Shown: positions 31,202 to 41,394, numbered from the stretch's first letter. The stretch: 64,000 bases of DNA from an uncultured Planctomycetales bacterium (GCA_964427405.1 CAYRUB010000001.1:16534-80533), one strand, 5' to 3'. Numbers and translations are program-made. Notes: generated by a model from the sequence alone, not told the origin.

Positions 31202-32659
31202 TTAAATAAAAGGTAGCTTAATAGTAAACGTCGAACCCTTGCCAACCTGGCTTTCTAATTCTATTGAGCCGTTATGGTTTTTAATAATATTATGGCAAAT
31301 TGATAATCCCAGCCCCTTGCCGTCATTTTTAGTCGAGAAAAATGGCATAAAAACATCTTTTAGGCAATCTGCAGGTATGCCCATTCCGGTATCTTTAATC
31401 TGGATAAGCGCAAAAAGATTCCCAAAGCTGCTTGTGGTAATTTTAATTACTCCGCCTTCAGGCATGGATTGATAAGCATTTATTATCAGGTTCAAGAATA
31501 CCTCCTGCAATTGATGCAGGTCTCCTTTTACCGGCCGCATATCCTTTTCAAAATTCTTTTTTATCTCTACTTTAACATCAGGCAAATTATTATATTGGGC
31601 AAACGGCAGAATAAATTCGATGGCTTCATTTACAACTACCGGACCAAAAGCAGGTTTTGTTTTTTGAGAAAATTTCAAGATCCTGTCTACCAATTTTTGA
31701 ATACGTTCAGCCTGGGAATTAATCAGATCGAGGTCATTTTTAACCTTCTGGCTGAGCCTTTCCTTTTTTAATAAAGCTGAGCGGCCGGAAATAACCAAAA
31801 GAGGATTATTAATCTCATGGGCCATACCCGCCGAGAGAAGGCCAAGGGCTGATAATTTCTCAGCCTGGAACGCCTGGTATTCAAGTTTTTTTCTTTCCGT
31901 GATATCTTTTGCGATAAAAATATAGCCTGAATGTTTGCCTTCTGAATCTAAAAACTTATTCGCAGTTAAAATAACCGGGATAGCCTCGCCGGTTTTGGTA
32001 ATTAATGTTGTCTCTTTCTCGTATTTTCCAAATAAGCGCACTTGTTCTAAAACAAAATTCAAATTATTGCCGGTATCTCCGGCATTATGCAGAATATTGA
32101 CGTGCTTAAAGATAATATCCTTTTTATTCCAGCCGAGCATAATTTCTGAACCCATGCCAAAATAAGTTATGTTGCCCTCTAGATTAATTACGTATAGGGC
32201 ATATTCTTTAAGGCTAGAGAGGATATTTTTAAGTGTTTGATCAATGCTTTTCGCAGAATTACCCGCTTCTCTGATTTTTGTAATATCATGCCCGATTAAT
32301 ATGCTGCCCCCGGTTTGATTACCTTCAATCATTATAGGAGTAAGGTTCCAGGAAATAAGCCGTTCACTCTTTTCGCTATCTAAAACCACTCCTTCAAAAT
32401 CCTTTTCTCTCTTATGCCTCGTGCATTCATCTAAGACTGCTTTAAACATATCCTGCTTAATAATATTATTATTACCGTGGAATAAAACTTTTAGCCAATT
32501 AGCGCCAATAATATCTCCATGCTTAAGGCCAGTGATTTTCTCGGTTTTCTTATTGCAAAAAACAATATTTTCGTTAACGTCCAAATAAATTATTATTACC
32601 CCGGCATTATCCAGGAGGTCATGTAATATCTCTTTGGTTTCTTTAATAGCCAAGACCAT
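31202..32659 (-). CDS. Cytoplasmic PAS-PAS sensor histidine kinase
   Basis: 485 aa; two PAS-like regions, then HisKA (AGMAHEINNPL) and HATPase (GTGMGI...GKGLGLSI); no TM segments. Confidence 0.85.
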   Translation of the reverse strand: MVLAIKETKEILHDLLDNAGVIIIYLDVNENIVFCNKKTEKITGLKHGDIIGANWLKVLFHGNNNIIKQDMFKAVLDECTRHKREKDFEGVVLDSEKSERLISWNLTPIMIEGNQTGGSILIGHDITKIREAGNSAKSIDQTLKNILSSLKEYALYVINLEGNITYFGMGSEIMLGWNKKDIIFKHVNILHNAGDTGNNLNFVLEQVRLFGKYEKETTLITKTGEAIPVILTANKFLDSEGKHSGYIFIAKDITERKKLEYQAFQAEKLSALGLLSAGMAHEINNPLLVISGRSALLKKERLSQKVKNDLDLINSQAERIQKLVDRILKFSQKTKPAFGPVVVNEAIEFILPFAQYNNLPDVKVEIKKNFEKDMRPVKGDLHQLQEVFLNLIINAYQSMPEGGVIKITTSSFGNLFALIQIKDTGMGIPADCLKDVFMPFFSTKNDGKGLGLSICHNIIKNHNGSIELESQVGKGSTFTIKLPFI

Positions 32660-32682
32660 AAATTAAGATTATGCTTAATTTT

Positions 32683-32753
32683 AGCGGGAGAGGGGAATCG
32701 AACCCCCATATATAGCTTGGAAGGCTATTGTTCTACCACTGAACTACTCCCGC
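32683..32753 (-). tRNA. tRNA-Gly (anticodon TCC)
   Basis: Manual fold: GCGGGAG acceptor, anticodon loop CTTCCAA, T-loop GGTTCGATTCC. Confidence 0.85.
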
Positions 32754-32769
32754 AAATTATTTTATTTCA

Positions 32770-32832
32770 TTCTGCGGGAGTATCCCGCGCATAGCCTTTT
32801 TCCTTAATATTTCCGCGGGAGTATCCCGCGTA
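32770..32832. repeat. Two copies of the palindromic hairpin GCGGGAGTATCCCGCG in the tRNA-Gly/tRNA-Tyr spacer
   Basis: Direct repeat of a 16-nt self-complementary unit (GCGGGA-GTA-TCCCGC). The first copy is followed by CCTTTTTCC on the top strand. The stem sequence is the same as the tRNA-Gly 5' end. Confidence 0.6.
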
Positions 32833-32848
32833 GAAGTTGTTATTAAAA

Positions 32849-32934
32849 TGGTGGGCAGGAAAGGATTCGAACCTTTGAAGCACAGGTGCAACAGATTTAC
32901 AGTCTGTCCCCTTTGGCCACTTGGGTACCTGCCC
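32849..32934 (-). tRNA. tRNA-Tyr (anticodon GTA), long variable arm, CCA encoded
   Basis: Manual fold: GGGCAGG acceptor, anticodon loop TGTAAAT, long variable arm, T-loop GGTTCGAATCC, 3' ACCA. Confidence 0.85.
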
Positions 32935-32947
32935 ATCACAAAATAAA

Positions 32948-33020
32948 AGCCGGCGAGAGGAATTGAACCCCCGACCCATTGTTTACAAAACAATTGCTCT
33001 ACCAACTGAGCTACGCCGGC
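32948..33020 (-). tRNA. tRNA-Thr (anticodon TGT)
   Basis: Manual fold: GCCGGCG acceptor, D-arm AGCTCAGTTGGTAGAGC, anticodon loop TTTGTAA, T-loop GGTTCAATTCC. Confidence 0.85.
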
Positions 33021-33021
33021 A

Positions 33022-33876
33022 TCAGCTACTTATTTTTAACGCATTAGGGATCTGATCAATAATATCGGATGCGATTAGCCCCATTTGTGTTTTTTCTTTT
33101 GCTGCTAAATCTCCGGCTAAGCCGTGAATATATGTTGCGTATTTGGCAGCCTTAAAACCATCTAACCCCTGAGCCAGAAATGCCCCTACAATTCCGCTTA
33201 GCACATCTCCGCTACCGGCAGTTGCCATTCCGGGGTTTCCCGAACGGTTAGTATAAAATCCTTTTAACCCATCGGTTACAATACTATTGTGCCCTTTAAG
33301 GATAATTATACTATTATAATGTTTTGCGTACTTTTTCGCAATCAATTTCCTATTATTCTTTACAACATCAATACTTATATCAAAGAGCCTGGAGATCTCT
33401 TTTTGGTGCGGTGTCAGGATAAGTTTCCCCTTATGCGCTTTAAGTATTTCCAAACAATTATTAAGAGCATTAAGCGCATCGGCGTCTACAACCTTTGGCT
33501 GATTTGTTTTACGCATAATCTTTTTCACTAACGCGTAAGTTGATTTATTCCTACCAAGTCCTGGGCCGATAATTAAAACATCAATATTTTTAAGTAAAAC
33601 AGATATTTTAGCAAACGCCGCTAAACTCAAAGTCCCTTCTTTAGTTTCCGGCAAAGGAAAGGTAATCAACTCTTTTGGTTTGACTCTAATTAACGCCAAA
33701 TTAATACTTTTGGGTATACCCAGTGTTACTAATCCGGCTCCCGAACGTAAAGCTGCCTCAGCGCAAAGCAAGGCTGCTCCAGAAAACCTGCTTGAGCCGG
33801 CTAAAATCAGTATCTGCCCGTAATCTCCCTTATGAGAATCAGCTTTTCTGTGTAATAACTGCGCTGGCAACCGCAT
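33022..33876 (-). CDS. nnrD: ADP-dependent NAD(P)H-hydrate dehydratase (Nnr C-terminal/YjeF_C domain only)
   Basis: 284 aa carbohydrate-kinase-fold protein (GPGLG, GSGDVLSG). Confidence 0.8.
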   Translation of the reverse strand: MRLPAQLLHRKADSHKGDYGQILILAGSSRFSGAALLCAEAALRSGAGLVTLGIPKSINLALIRVKPKELITFPLPETKEGTLSLAAFAKISVLLKNIDVLIIGPGLGRNKSTYALVKKIMRKTNQPKVVDADALNALNNCLEILKAHKGKLILTPHQKEISRLFDISIDVVKNNRKLIAKKYAKHYNSIIILKGHNSIVTDGLKGFYTNRSGNPGMATAGSGDVLSGIVGAFLAQGLDGFKAAKYATYIHGLAGDLAAKEKTQMGLIASDIIDQIPNALKISS

Positions 33877-34198
33877 AGGTTTTTACATGCGAGATTGAAA
33901 TAAATACGTTAATATGTTTGCCCTTACCGTTTAGAAACGAACATACAGGTTTACCTGCAGAATCATTATTTATCTGAATATCCTGCCAGGAAAGAGAACT
34001 ATCCCCTGCCGCTTTAAAAACCGCTTCTTTAGCGGCAAACCTGCCGGCTAAATGCTGATAAAAAGAATTCCTGGTCTTGGCGTTTTTAAGTTCGGAATCA
34101 GTAAAAACACGACGTAAAAAATCATCTCCCCACTTTTCTATCGCCGCGCGGATACGCCGTACCTCAGTTATATCTACTCCAGTTCCTATAAACATCAT
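33839..34198 (-). CDS. acpS: Holo-[acyl-carrier-protein] synthase
   Basis: 119 aa; GVDITEV ... AGRFAAKEA. Confidence 0.85.
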   Translation of the reverse strand: MMFIGTGVDITEVRRIRAAIEKWGDDFLRRVFTDSELKNAKTRNSFYQHLAGRFAAKEAVFKAAGDSSLSWQDIQINNDSAGKPVCSFLNGKGKHINVFISISHVKTYAVASAVITQKS

Positions 34199-34908
34199 TT
34201 GATTAACTGGTACATTTCCCTAACCGCCTTATATAAGCCTACGTATAGCGCCTTACAAATAATGGAATAACCAATATTAAGTTCTTCTATGCCGTCAAGC
34301 GTAGCAATGGGCTTGACATTAGCATAATCAAGCCCATGTCCGGCATTGACGGCTAACCCTTGAAGCCTTGCGTAATTTACAGCACGCTGCAGTTCATTAA
34401 ATGATTCCTTTTTTTGCTTAATGCTTTTAGCGTCAGCGTAACGGCCGGTATGCAGTTCAATGATCCCTGCGCCAATTTTACCGGCAGAATCAATTTGTTT
34501 TTTATCCGGATCAATAAACAAGCTTACCTTGATCCCTGATTTTTTTAACTTAAGCAGGCTTGCGGAAATTCTCTTTAAATTATCCGCAACGTTTAATCCT
34601 CCTTCAGTAGTCAACTCTTTCCTGCGTTCGGGTACCAATGTGGCCTGATAAGGTTTTATTTTACAGGCAATATTTACGATCTCTGGCGCGATCGACATTT
34701 CAAGATTAAGTTTGGTTTTGATATTCTCGCGCAGGCGTTTAATATCACCATCCTGAATATGCCTGCGGTCTTCTCTTAAATGCGCCACTATACTATCGGC
34801 ACCCGCCTCTTCGCACAAGAATGCAGCATAAACAGGATCAGGCAGATTTCCCCGGCGTGCCTGTCGCAATGTCGCTACGTGGTCAATATTTACACCTAGT
34901 TTAGGCAT
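34195..34908 (-). CDS. pdxJ: Pyridoxine 5'-phosphate synthase
   Basis: 237 aa; LGVNIDHVATLRQAR N-terminus. Confidence 0.9.
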   Translation of the reverse strand: MPKLGVNIDHVATLRQARRGNLPDPVYAAFLCEEAGADSIVAHLREDRRHIQDGDIKRLRENIKTKLNLEMSIAPEIVNIACKIKPYQATLVPERRKELTTEGGLNVADNLKRISASLLKLKKSGIKVSLFIDPDKKQIDSAGKIGAGIIELHTGRYADAKSIKQKKESFNELQRAVNYARLQGLAVNAGHGLDYANVKPIATLDGIEELNIGYSIICKALYVGLYKAVREMYQLIK

Positions 34909-35038
34909 ATTTATATTTTAAACCTTTTCCCCTTTTACGTAAAACCAAAGCGCAATCGCCAAGACTAATGCAATAAGTTTTAGCCAAGGGTGAATGGTAA
35001 TTAAACGCACCAGGCGTAAAAAAATATTTATTTTCTTC

Positions 35039-35800
35039 TTATTCATCTTTTTTTGTCTTAATTAACTCTTCTATTCTTGATTCTAACTCTGCCCCGCCTA
35101 AATCTTTATAAAATTTCTTGCGGTAGATAATGGATATATCACGCCTTTCCTCGGAAACTACAATTAGGATAGCGTCGGTTTCTTCACTCAAACTTAAAGC
35201 CGCGCGATGACGGGTTCCGAAAACCCGGTTTAGTTCCTGGTTTATGGCAAGCGGAAAAATACATCCTGCCGCAACGATCCTGCCATGATGAATAATCAAG
35301 CCGCCGTCATGAAGGGGATTATTAGGGGTAAAAATCGCTTGAATTAAATCCGCCGAAACACGTGAATCTATAGTCTCTCCGCTTTGGATATACGCTGCTA
35401 AAGAATCATTTTTTTCGATGGCAATTAATCCGCCAAGTTTGTTCGCCGCCAAGTTTTCACAACCCTCTACAATTTGTTTAACAAATGCATAGGGCTCTTC
35501 ATCTTTCAGCATATTTCTAAAGATATTGCGTTTGCCTAACTGAGCCAATCCCTGCCTGATCTCCGGATGGAAAATAATCAATATTGCGATAACCGATATC
35601 CCGAAAAGCTTTTTAAGCAACCAATCCAAAACGATAAAATCAAATTTCTGGGAAATAAAAAAAACAAACAGGAGCATAATTATCCCGCGTAAAACCTGCA
35701 GGCTACGGGTGCCTTCAAAGAAAAGTATGATATGGTAGATAAAAAACCATAAGATAATGACTTCAGTTACGGGTTTCCAGTATAAAAATAGATTATGCAT
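35039..35800 (-). CDS. cdaA: Diadenylate cyclase CdaA (membrane-anchored DAC domain)
   Basis: 253 aa; N-terminal TM helices; DAC motifs (DGA...HDGGLIIHHGRIVAAG, GTRHRAA). Confidence 0.85.
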   Translation of the reverse strand: MHNLFLYWKPVTEVIILWFFIYHIILFFEGTRSLQVLRGIIMLLFVFFISQKFDFIVLDWLLKKLFGISVIAILIIFHPEIRQGLAQLGKRNIFRNMLKDEEPYAFVKQIVEGCENLAANKLGGLIAIEKNDSLAAYIQSGETIDSRVSADLIQAIFTPNNPLHDGGLIIHHGRIVAAGCIFPLAINQELNRVFGTRHRAALSLSEETDAILIVVSEERRDISIIYRKKFYKDLGGAELESRIEELIKTKKDE

Positions 35801-37004
35801 TAGTATTGTTCCTTATGGCAGCCGCCATTTTAAGGGCCTGGCTTACTTCCTTTACATCATGCACACGCACTATATTTGCCCCGCGTTCAACAGCCATTAC
35901 ACAGGTCGCCAGCGTGCCGATAGACCTTTCCTGGAGCCCTGTTTTTAAAACTTTGCCAATAAATGATTTCCGGCAAGGGCCTATAAGTATAGGTTTTCCT
36001 AAGATTTTAAAATCAGCCAGCCTTTTTATAATTTCAAGATTTTGTTCAGGTTTCTTGCCAAATCCAATTCCAGGATCCACAATTATTTTATCAGGGCTTA
36101 TGCCGGAGAATTCAGCGGACTCAATAGCATTCTTTAACCAAGAAGATATATCGCCTATCAAAGATTTATAGGCTATCCTTTTCTGCATATTCACCGGCCT
36201 GCCGAGCATATGCATAATAACCACTACGGCCTTATGCTTAGCAACTACCTTAGCCATGCGTTTATCCCCTAAGCCGGAAATATCATTAACGATTTGCGCG
36301 CCGGATTCAAGGCAAACCTGGGCTACCTCTGCTTTAGTAGTATCAATAGAAATAGGCGCGGGTATATTCTTTGCCAGCTTTTTTAGTATCGGCAAGACAC
36401 GCCGCAGCTCTTCCCTAATGCTGATATTTCTGGCGCCAGGCCGGCTGGATTCTCCTCCTAAATCAATTATATCTGCGCCGTCCTTTAGCATTTCTTCTGC
36501 CCTGTTTAAAGCCAAGCCGGGATAATCGTTGCTTTTAATGCTATACAGACCATCTCCACTGAATGAATCCGGGGTTAAATTCATAGCACCCATAATATAA
36601 GTTTTAGCGTTGAAATTTAAGAAACCTCTTCTCAGGGGCATAGTAAAATTACCTCTGGTGTATTTCTTGATATTTTTATCCAGTTCATCTGCCAGTTTTT
36701 GCAGGCCAAATGGCTGAAGTTTTAATTTATTAATAAGAGAAAAAAGTTGATTAGATTGGCCGATAATGAGGCAGTCGGTTTTCCTGGTTTTACCGGTAAG
36801 CGCCCCCCGGGCTACCGCAACATCACCGCCTAAAGAAAGCATTTCTTGCTTTAAGATATTGGCGGCGATATTAGATATTGCGCTTAAGTGGATTAAGAAA
36901 GTAGTGGTCTTAGGCAGCATAATTTTGATCCCGCAGGGATCAACGCCAATATCACGCATAATCTTTTCTACTTCATTCTTACCGCTAAAACTAAAAATAC
37001 GCAT
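35793..37004 (-). CDS. folP: Dihydropteroate synthase with an unusual N-terminal extension of about 120 aa
   Basis: 403 aa. The pterin-binding DHPS barrel starts near residue 128 (IMGAMNLTPDSFSGDG) and the N-terminal 120 aa are extra. Conserved ftsH-folP-cdaA order. Confidence 0.85.
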   Translation of the reverse strand: MRIFSFSGKNEVEKIMRDIGVDPCGIKIMLPKTTTFLIHLSAISNIAANILKQEMLSLGGDVAVARGALTGKTRKTDCLIIGQSNQLFSLINKLKLQPFGLQKLADELDKNIKKYTRGNFTMPLRRGFLNFNAKTYIMGAMNLTPDSFSGDGLYSIKSNDYPGLALNRAEEMLKDGADIIDLGGESSRPGARNISIREELRRVLPILKKLAKNIPAPISIDTTKAEVAQVCLESGAQIVNDISGLGDKRMAKVVAKHKAVVVIMHMLGRPVNMQKRIAYKSLIGDISSWLKNAIESAEFSGISPDKIIVDPGIGFGKKPEQNLEIIKRLADFKILGKPILIGPCRKSFIGKVLKTGLQERSIGTLATCVMAVERGANIVRVHDVKEVSQALKMAAAIRNNTNA

Positions 37005-37008
37005 TTTT

Positions 37009-38865
37009 TTAGGCCAGATCGCTTTTCTGTATTCCTAATATCCGTTTTACATCTTCTCCGCTTAAAACCTCTTTTTCCAAGAGGGCATCAGAAAGAAGCT
37101 TGAGTTTATCCTGGCTGTTTCTTAACAGATTCAGCGCTTTATCATAAGCATCATCGGTAATTTTTTTTACCTCTTCATCAATAATCCTGGCAGTTTGTTC
37201 ACTGTAGTTTCTCTCTTCCATAATATCACGGCCCAAGAATACGAGCCCTTCTCTTTTACCTAAAGTCATGTTACCCAACTTTTCGGACATGCCGAACTGA
37301 GTAACCATGCGCCTGGCCATGGACGTAGCTACCTCTAAATCGTTTTGCGCCCCGGTAGTTACTTCATTCAAGTTTATATCCTCCGAAGCCCTTCCTCCAA
37401 GCATCATGGTAATTTCCGCCAGCAGTTCTTTTTTGGTCCAATAATGCCGATCTTCTAAGGGCGGAGTAAAAGTATAGCCTCCAGCTAGGCCGCGCGGAAT
37501 AATGGAAACTTTCTTTAAAGGATTAACTTCAGGTAGAAGTAAAGAAAGCAGGGCGTGCCCTGATTCATGTAAAGCAGTGATCTCCTTTTCTTTTTTTGAC
37601 ATAATATGGCTTTTCTTTTCCGGACCCATAAGTACCCTCTCTACCGATTTATCCAAGTCAATCTCTTCCACTGCCTCTTTATTATTACGCGCCGCCATAA
37701 GCGCCGCCTCATTGCAAAGATTAGCCAGGTCAGCTCCGGAAAATCCGGGAGTTTGGCTGGCCACGGATTTTAAATCTACCGTTGCGGCAAGTTTAATTTT
37801 ACGAGTATGCACTTTAAGTATTTCTTCGCGCCCCTTGATATCCGGAAGATTCACAATAATGGTGCGGTCAAATCTTCCCGGGCGCATAAGCGCAGGATCC
37901 AAGGTATCCGGACGATTGGTAGCGGCAATAAGTATTAAACCTTGTTGGGCATCAAAACCATCCATTTCAACCAATAACTGGTTAAGGGTTTGTTCGCGTT
38001 CATCATTGCCTCCGCCGATACCGGAAAAACGCAGGCGTCCCACGGCATCAATTTCATCAATGAAGATTATCGCTCCCTTACCTTCGATTTTTCCGGCTTT
38101 ACGGCCCTGCTCAAATAAATCCCTTACCCTGCTGGCCCCGACACCCACAAACATTTCTACAAAATTAGAGCCTGAAATACTAAAAAAAGGTACTCCTGCT
38201 TCTCCTGCTACTGCCCGGGCAATCAGTGTTTTACCGCATCCTGGTGGGCCGATTAAAAGCACCCCTTTGGGAATTTTTCCACCCAGTCTCTGAAATTTCT
38301 TAGGATCTTTGAGGAATTCAATTACTTCTTTTAATTCTTCTTTTGCTTCATCAACTCCGGCAACATCATTAAAGGTAGCTTTTTCATTTTCGCTTTGAAT
38401 TTTAGATTTAACCTTCCCAAAACTCATAATCCTGCTGCCTAATTGCTCTCCCCGGGCCGCCATCATCCACCAGAAAAAAATCAACAGCAGTATCGGTCCT
38501 AAATTAAAAAGCAGTGAAACCCAGAATGTGCGCGCCGGCTTAACCTCAAAATTCTTAAGGTTTTGGCGCATAAGGGTAAGCATCTCCGGGTCATTTTCCG
38601 GAAGGTTAACGAAAAATTTTGAATTATCCGAAAATTCCCCCTGCAAAATAGTTTCAGTTTTAGTGGCCTGTTTTATGCTTTCGGGATTATCTCTTATGGT
38701 TCGGAAAAACTGGCTATACGTAATCTCTTTAGGAATCCCGGTTATAGGGATATTATTAATAGTATTGACCAGCATAATGAATAAAAAAATTAGGAGCAGC
38801 CAGCCAAAAGGTGAACGTTTGAATAGATTAATTTTGTTTGATTTAGGTTTATCTTGCATGGGCAT
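37009..38865 (-). CDS. ftsH: ATP-dependent zinc metalloprotease FtsH
   Basis: 618 aa; AAA Walker A GPPGCGKT; SRH; HEXXH (HESGHAL). Confidence 0.95.
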   Translation of the reverse strand: MPMQDKPKSNKINLFKRSPFGWLLLIFLFIMLVNTINNIPITGIPKEITYSQFFRTIRDNPESIKQATKTETILQGEFSDNSKFFVNLPENDPEMLTLMRQNLKNFEVKPARTFWVSLLFNLGPILLLIFFWWMMAARGEQLGSRIMSFGKVKSKIQSENEKATFNDVAGVDEAKEELKEVIEFLKDPKKFQRLGGKIPKGVLLIGPPGCGKTLIARAVAGEAGVPFFSISGSNFVEMFVGVGASRVRDLFEQGRKAGKIEGKGAIIFIDEIDAVGRLRFSGIGGGNDEREQTLNQLLVEMDGFDAQQGLILIAATNRPDTLDPALMRPGRFDRTIIVNLPDIKGREEILKVHTRKIKLAATVDLKSVASQTPGFSGADLANLCNEAALMAARNNKEAVEEIDLDKSVERVLMGPEKKSHIMSKKEKEITALHESGHALLSLLLPEVNPLKKVSIIPRGLAGGYTFTPPLEDRHYWTKKELLAEITMMLGGRASEDINLNEVTTGAQNDLEVATSMARRMVTQFGMSEKLGNMTLGKREGLVFLGRDIMEERNYSEQTARIIDEEVKKITDDAYDKALNLLRNSQDKLKLLSDALLEKEVLSGEDVKRILGIQKSDLA

Positions 38866-38976
38866 TTAGTTCTCCAGTTTTGAATACAATCACCAGGGCG
38901 ATTGACATACTTTCAGTATAATTACAGATTTTTTATTATATATTTAAAAAGGTGTAAAATCAAGTATTTTATGGAT

Positions 38977-39936
38977 TTAGCGCCTGTAAAATCGCAGCGT
39001 ATTGCGGGTTTTTTCTACCGAGATTCCTTTAGGCAAGTCAACAATTGAGCCGATTGGACGATTATTCAGTAAATCTTCCAATTCCTTAATGTGCTGGAAA
39101 CCTATCCTACGCGTATCTCCCTGAATACAGGCTATGCTTTGCCTGATTTTAAGCCGTAAAATAGCCGGATGCAAACTCTTAATCTTCTTTAGATTAAGCC
39201 GCAGGTTGTTCCCCTTTGCCATTTTCCTGGCAACCTGATCCAGGTATTCATAATCATAGGAAATACTTTCCGCCAGATTAACCAAAACCTCTACGATATT
39301 TTGATTATATTTATTCCTAAGCAAAGGAATGAGATCATGGCGAATTTTATTCCTGAAGAATACTTCTTCTTTGTTGGTAGAATCAATACGCGGTTTTACA
39401 TTTTTACGTTTTAAGAAACATTCTATCTCCTTACGGCTGGTTTCTAAAAGCGGCCGGATAAAAATCATATCCTTGATCTTACGTTTTGCGGATATTCCGG
39501 ATAATCCGGATAATCCGGTTCCCCGTAAGATGCGCATTAATATAGTCTCTGCCTGATCATCAAGGTTGTGCCCTAATGCAATCTTATCTGCTTTGATTTT
39601 TTTGGCAATCCGGATAAAAAAATCCATTCTTGCCTGCCGGCATATCTCCTCCAAAGAACCCCTTTTTTCCTTAAGCTCAGGATCTAATCTTGCGACAGTT
39701 ACGGGTATACCAAGTTTTTCTCCCCATCTTTCTACAAAAAGCGCATCTGCATGAGAATCCTTACGCAAACCATGATCCATATGCGCAACATGTAAAGTTA
39801 ATCCCAATTTATTTTTCAGGCTAAAAAGCAGTAAAAGCAAAGTCAGCGAATCCGGACCCCCGGAAACTCCCACCAGGATTTTATCTCCTTTTTTGATTAG
39901 CCTGTATTTTTTAATCGTCTCATCGATTTCTTTCAT
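38977..39936 (-). CDS. tilS: tRNA(Ile)-lysidine synthetase
   Basis: 319 aa; PP-loop SGGPDS. Conserved tilS-ftsH neighbourhood. Confidence 0.85.
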   Translation of the reverse strand: MKEIDETIKKYRLIKKGDKILVGVSGGPDSLTLLLLLFSLKNKLGLTLHVAHMDHGLRKDSHADALFVERWGEKLGIPVTVARLDPELKEKRGSLEEICRQARMDFFIRIAKKIKADKIALGHNLDDQAETILMRILRGTGLSGLSGISAKRKIKDMIFIRPLLETSRKEIECFLKRKNVKPRIDSTNKEEVFFRNKIRHDLIPLLRNKYNQNIVEVLVNLAESISYDYEYLDQVARKMAKGNNLRLNLKKIKSLHPAILRLKIRQSIACIQGDTRRIGFQHIKELEDLLNNRPIGSIVDLPKGISVEKTRNTLRFYRR

Positions 39937-40030
39937 TGTAGATATATTTTATCATAATAATTGCGGAATTTATAGCCTGATTTTAAGGATTTGAATTGAC
40001 TTTATACCGACAAAAGTGTAAATTAATAAA

Positions 40031-41305
40031 ATGAGCTCAAGGCGGATCGTAACCCATAAAGAAAAAAGAATTGTGCTTGGTAATTTTATTTCTCTTACAA
40101 CCCTCCAAACTATCAGTTATATCCTGCCTTTAGTTGTGCTTCCATACCTTGTCAGGGCAATCGGAATGGAGAAATTCGGCCTGATTGCGTTTGCTTCAAG
40201 CCTTGTGCAGTATTTCATGATTATAACTGATTACGGATTCAGCATTTCAGCAACGAAAACAATTTCGCTTATCGGCGAACATAAACAAAAGATCAGCGAG
40301 GTATTCTCTTCGGTAATGACGGTAAAGCTTATGTTTGCGGCGATAAGCTTTCTTATGCTTAGCGTTATTATATATATCGTCCCGAAATTTAAGGCGGATT
40401 GGCTGGTTTATATTTTAAGTTTCGGATCAGTAATCGGTAACACGCTGTTTCCTGTCTGGTTTTTCCAGGGAAAAGAAAAAATGAGTTATATTTCGGTAGT
40501 TAATGTAGCCGGAGGCTTAATTTATACTGTCTGCATTTTTGTTTTTATAAAAGGCCCTCAAGACTTTCTGCTAGTACCTATTTTAAATTCGCTCCTGTCG
40601 ATAATCAGCGGGGTACTCGGACTTTATATTGCCTTTAAAAAATTTCGCATTAAATTTATTATACAAAAATATGCGACTATAAAGCAGGAAATTAGGACAG
40701 GATGGGATATTTTTATTTCTATACTCTCTATCAATGCCTATACTACCAGCAGGATTTTTGCTATAGGACTCTTGACCAATAACGTGATTACGGGATATTA
40801 TTCATTGGCTGAGAAAATCGCTAACTATATCCAGACATTTCCCATGGATTCATTCACTAGAGCGGTATTTCCCCGGATCAGCAATGTTTTTGCAAAGAAC
40901 AAACAACGGGCAATAGCTATAATGTATAGGATCCAGGATGGCATTACTCTGGGTTTCGTAGTCAGCCTGCCGATTGCCTTTTTTTTAGCCCCCTGGATTA
41001 TCCAGCTGACATGCGGAGTTGCTTATAAAGAAGTAGTTATTACCTTGAGGCTTTTGCTTGCTGCAGTATTCTTTGTGGGAGCCAATAATTTCAAGGTCCA
41101 ATTTTTGCTTGTTTGCGGGAAGCAGGATCTATATGCAAAAATTCATATTAGCGCCGCGCTTATCGGTTTACCGCTTATATTTATATTAATCTATCGGTTT
41201 TCCTACATAGGAGCGGCATTTGCTACGGTGTTGATTGAGGCAGGAGTATTCGTGGTTACCTCGCTGATTGTCGAAAAACTAGCCAAGAAATTTTCAGAAA
41301 AATAA
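40031..41305 (+). CDS. Polysaccharide/oligosaccharide flippase of the MOP superfamily (Wzx-like)
   Basis: 424 aa, about 12 TM helices, with Wzx/PST-family topology. It is the only plus-strand gene in this part of the window. Confidence 0.65.
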   Translation: MSSRRIVTHKEKRIVLGNFISLTTLQTISYILPLVVLPYLVRAIGMEKFGLIAFASSLVQYFMIITDYGFSISATKTISLIGEHKQKISEVFSSVMTVKLMFAAISFLMLSVIIYIVPKFKADWLVYILSFGSVIGNTLFPVWFFQGKEKMSYISVVNVAGGLIYTVCIFVFIKGPQDFLLVPILNSLLSIISGVLGLYIAFKKFRIKFIIQKYATIKQEIRTGWDIFISILSINAYTTSRIFAIGLLTNNVITGYYSLAEKIANYIQTFPMDSFTRAVFPRISNVFAKNKQRAIAIMYRIQDGITLGFVVSLPIAFFLAPWIIQLTCGVAYKEVVITLRLLLAAVFFVGANNFKVQFLLVCGKQDLYAKIHISAALIGLPLIFILIYRFSYIGAAFATVLIEAGVFVVTSLIVEKLAKKFSEK

Positions 41306-41394
41306 CCAAATTTAAAACTTCTTCGTGGATAGATGGTGGCGGAGAGTGGCCCTGCTCCGCTATCGCTTCGCAGGACTGCCTCTCTTGACATTAG

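Noticed and set aside
32757-33005. Two minus-strand ORFs (82 and 70 aa)
   Set aside because: They run straight through tRNA-Tyr and tRNA-Thr and the hairpin repeats. They are translation of tRNA and spacer sequence.
37502-38293. 263-aa plus-strand ORF
   Set aside because: It lies wholly antisense inside ftsH. The translation is low-complexity and Ser/Pro/Arg-rich, with no start context. It is a shadow ORF of a strongly conserved gene.
41203-41391. 62-aa minus-strand ORF
   Set aside because: It overlaps the flippase 3' end and the tRNA-flank repeat. It is spurious.
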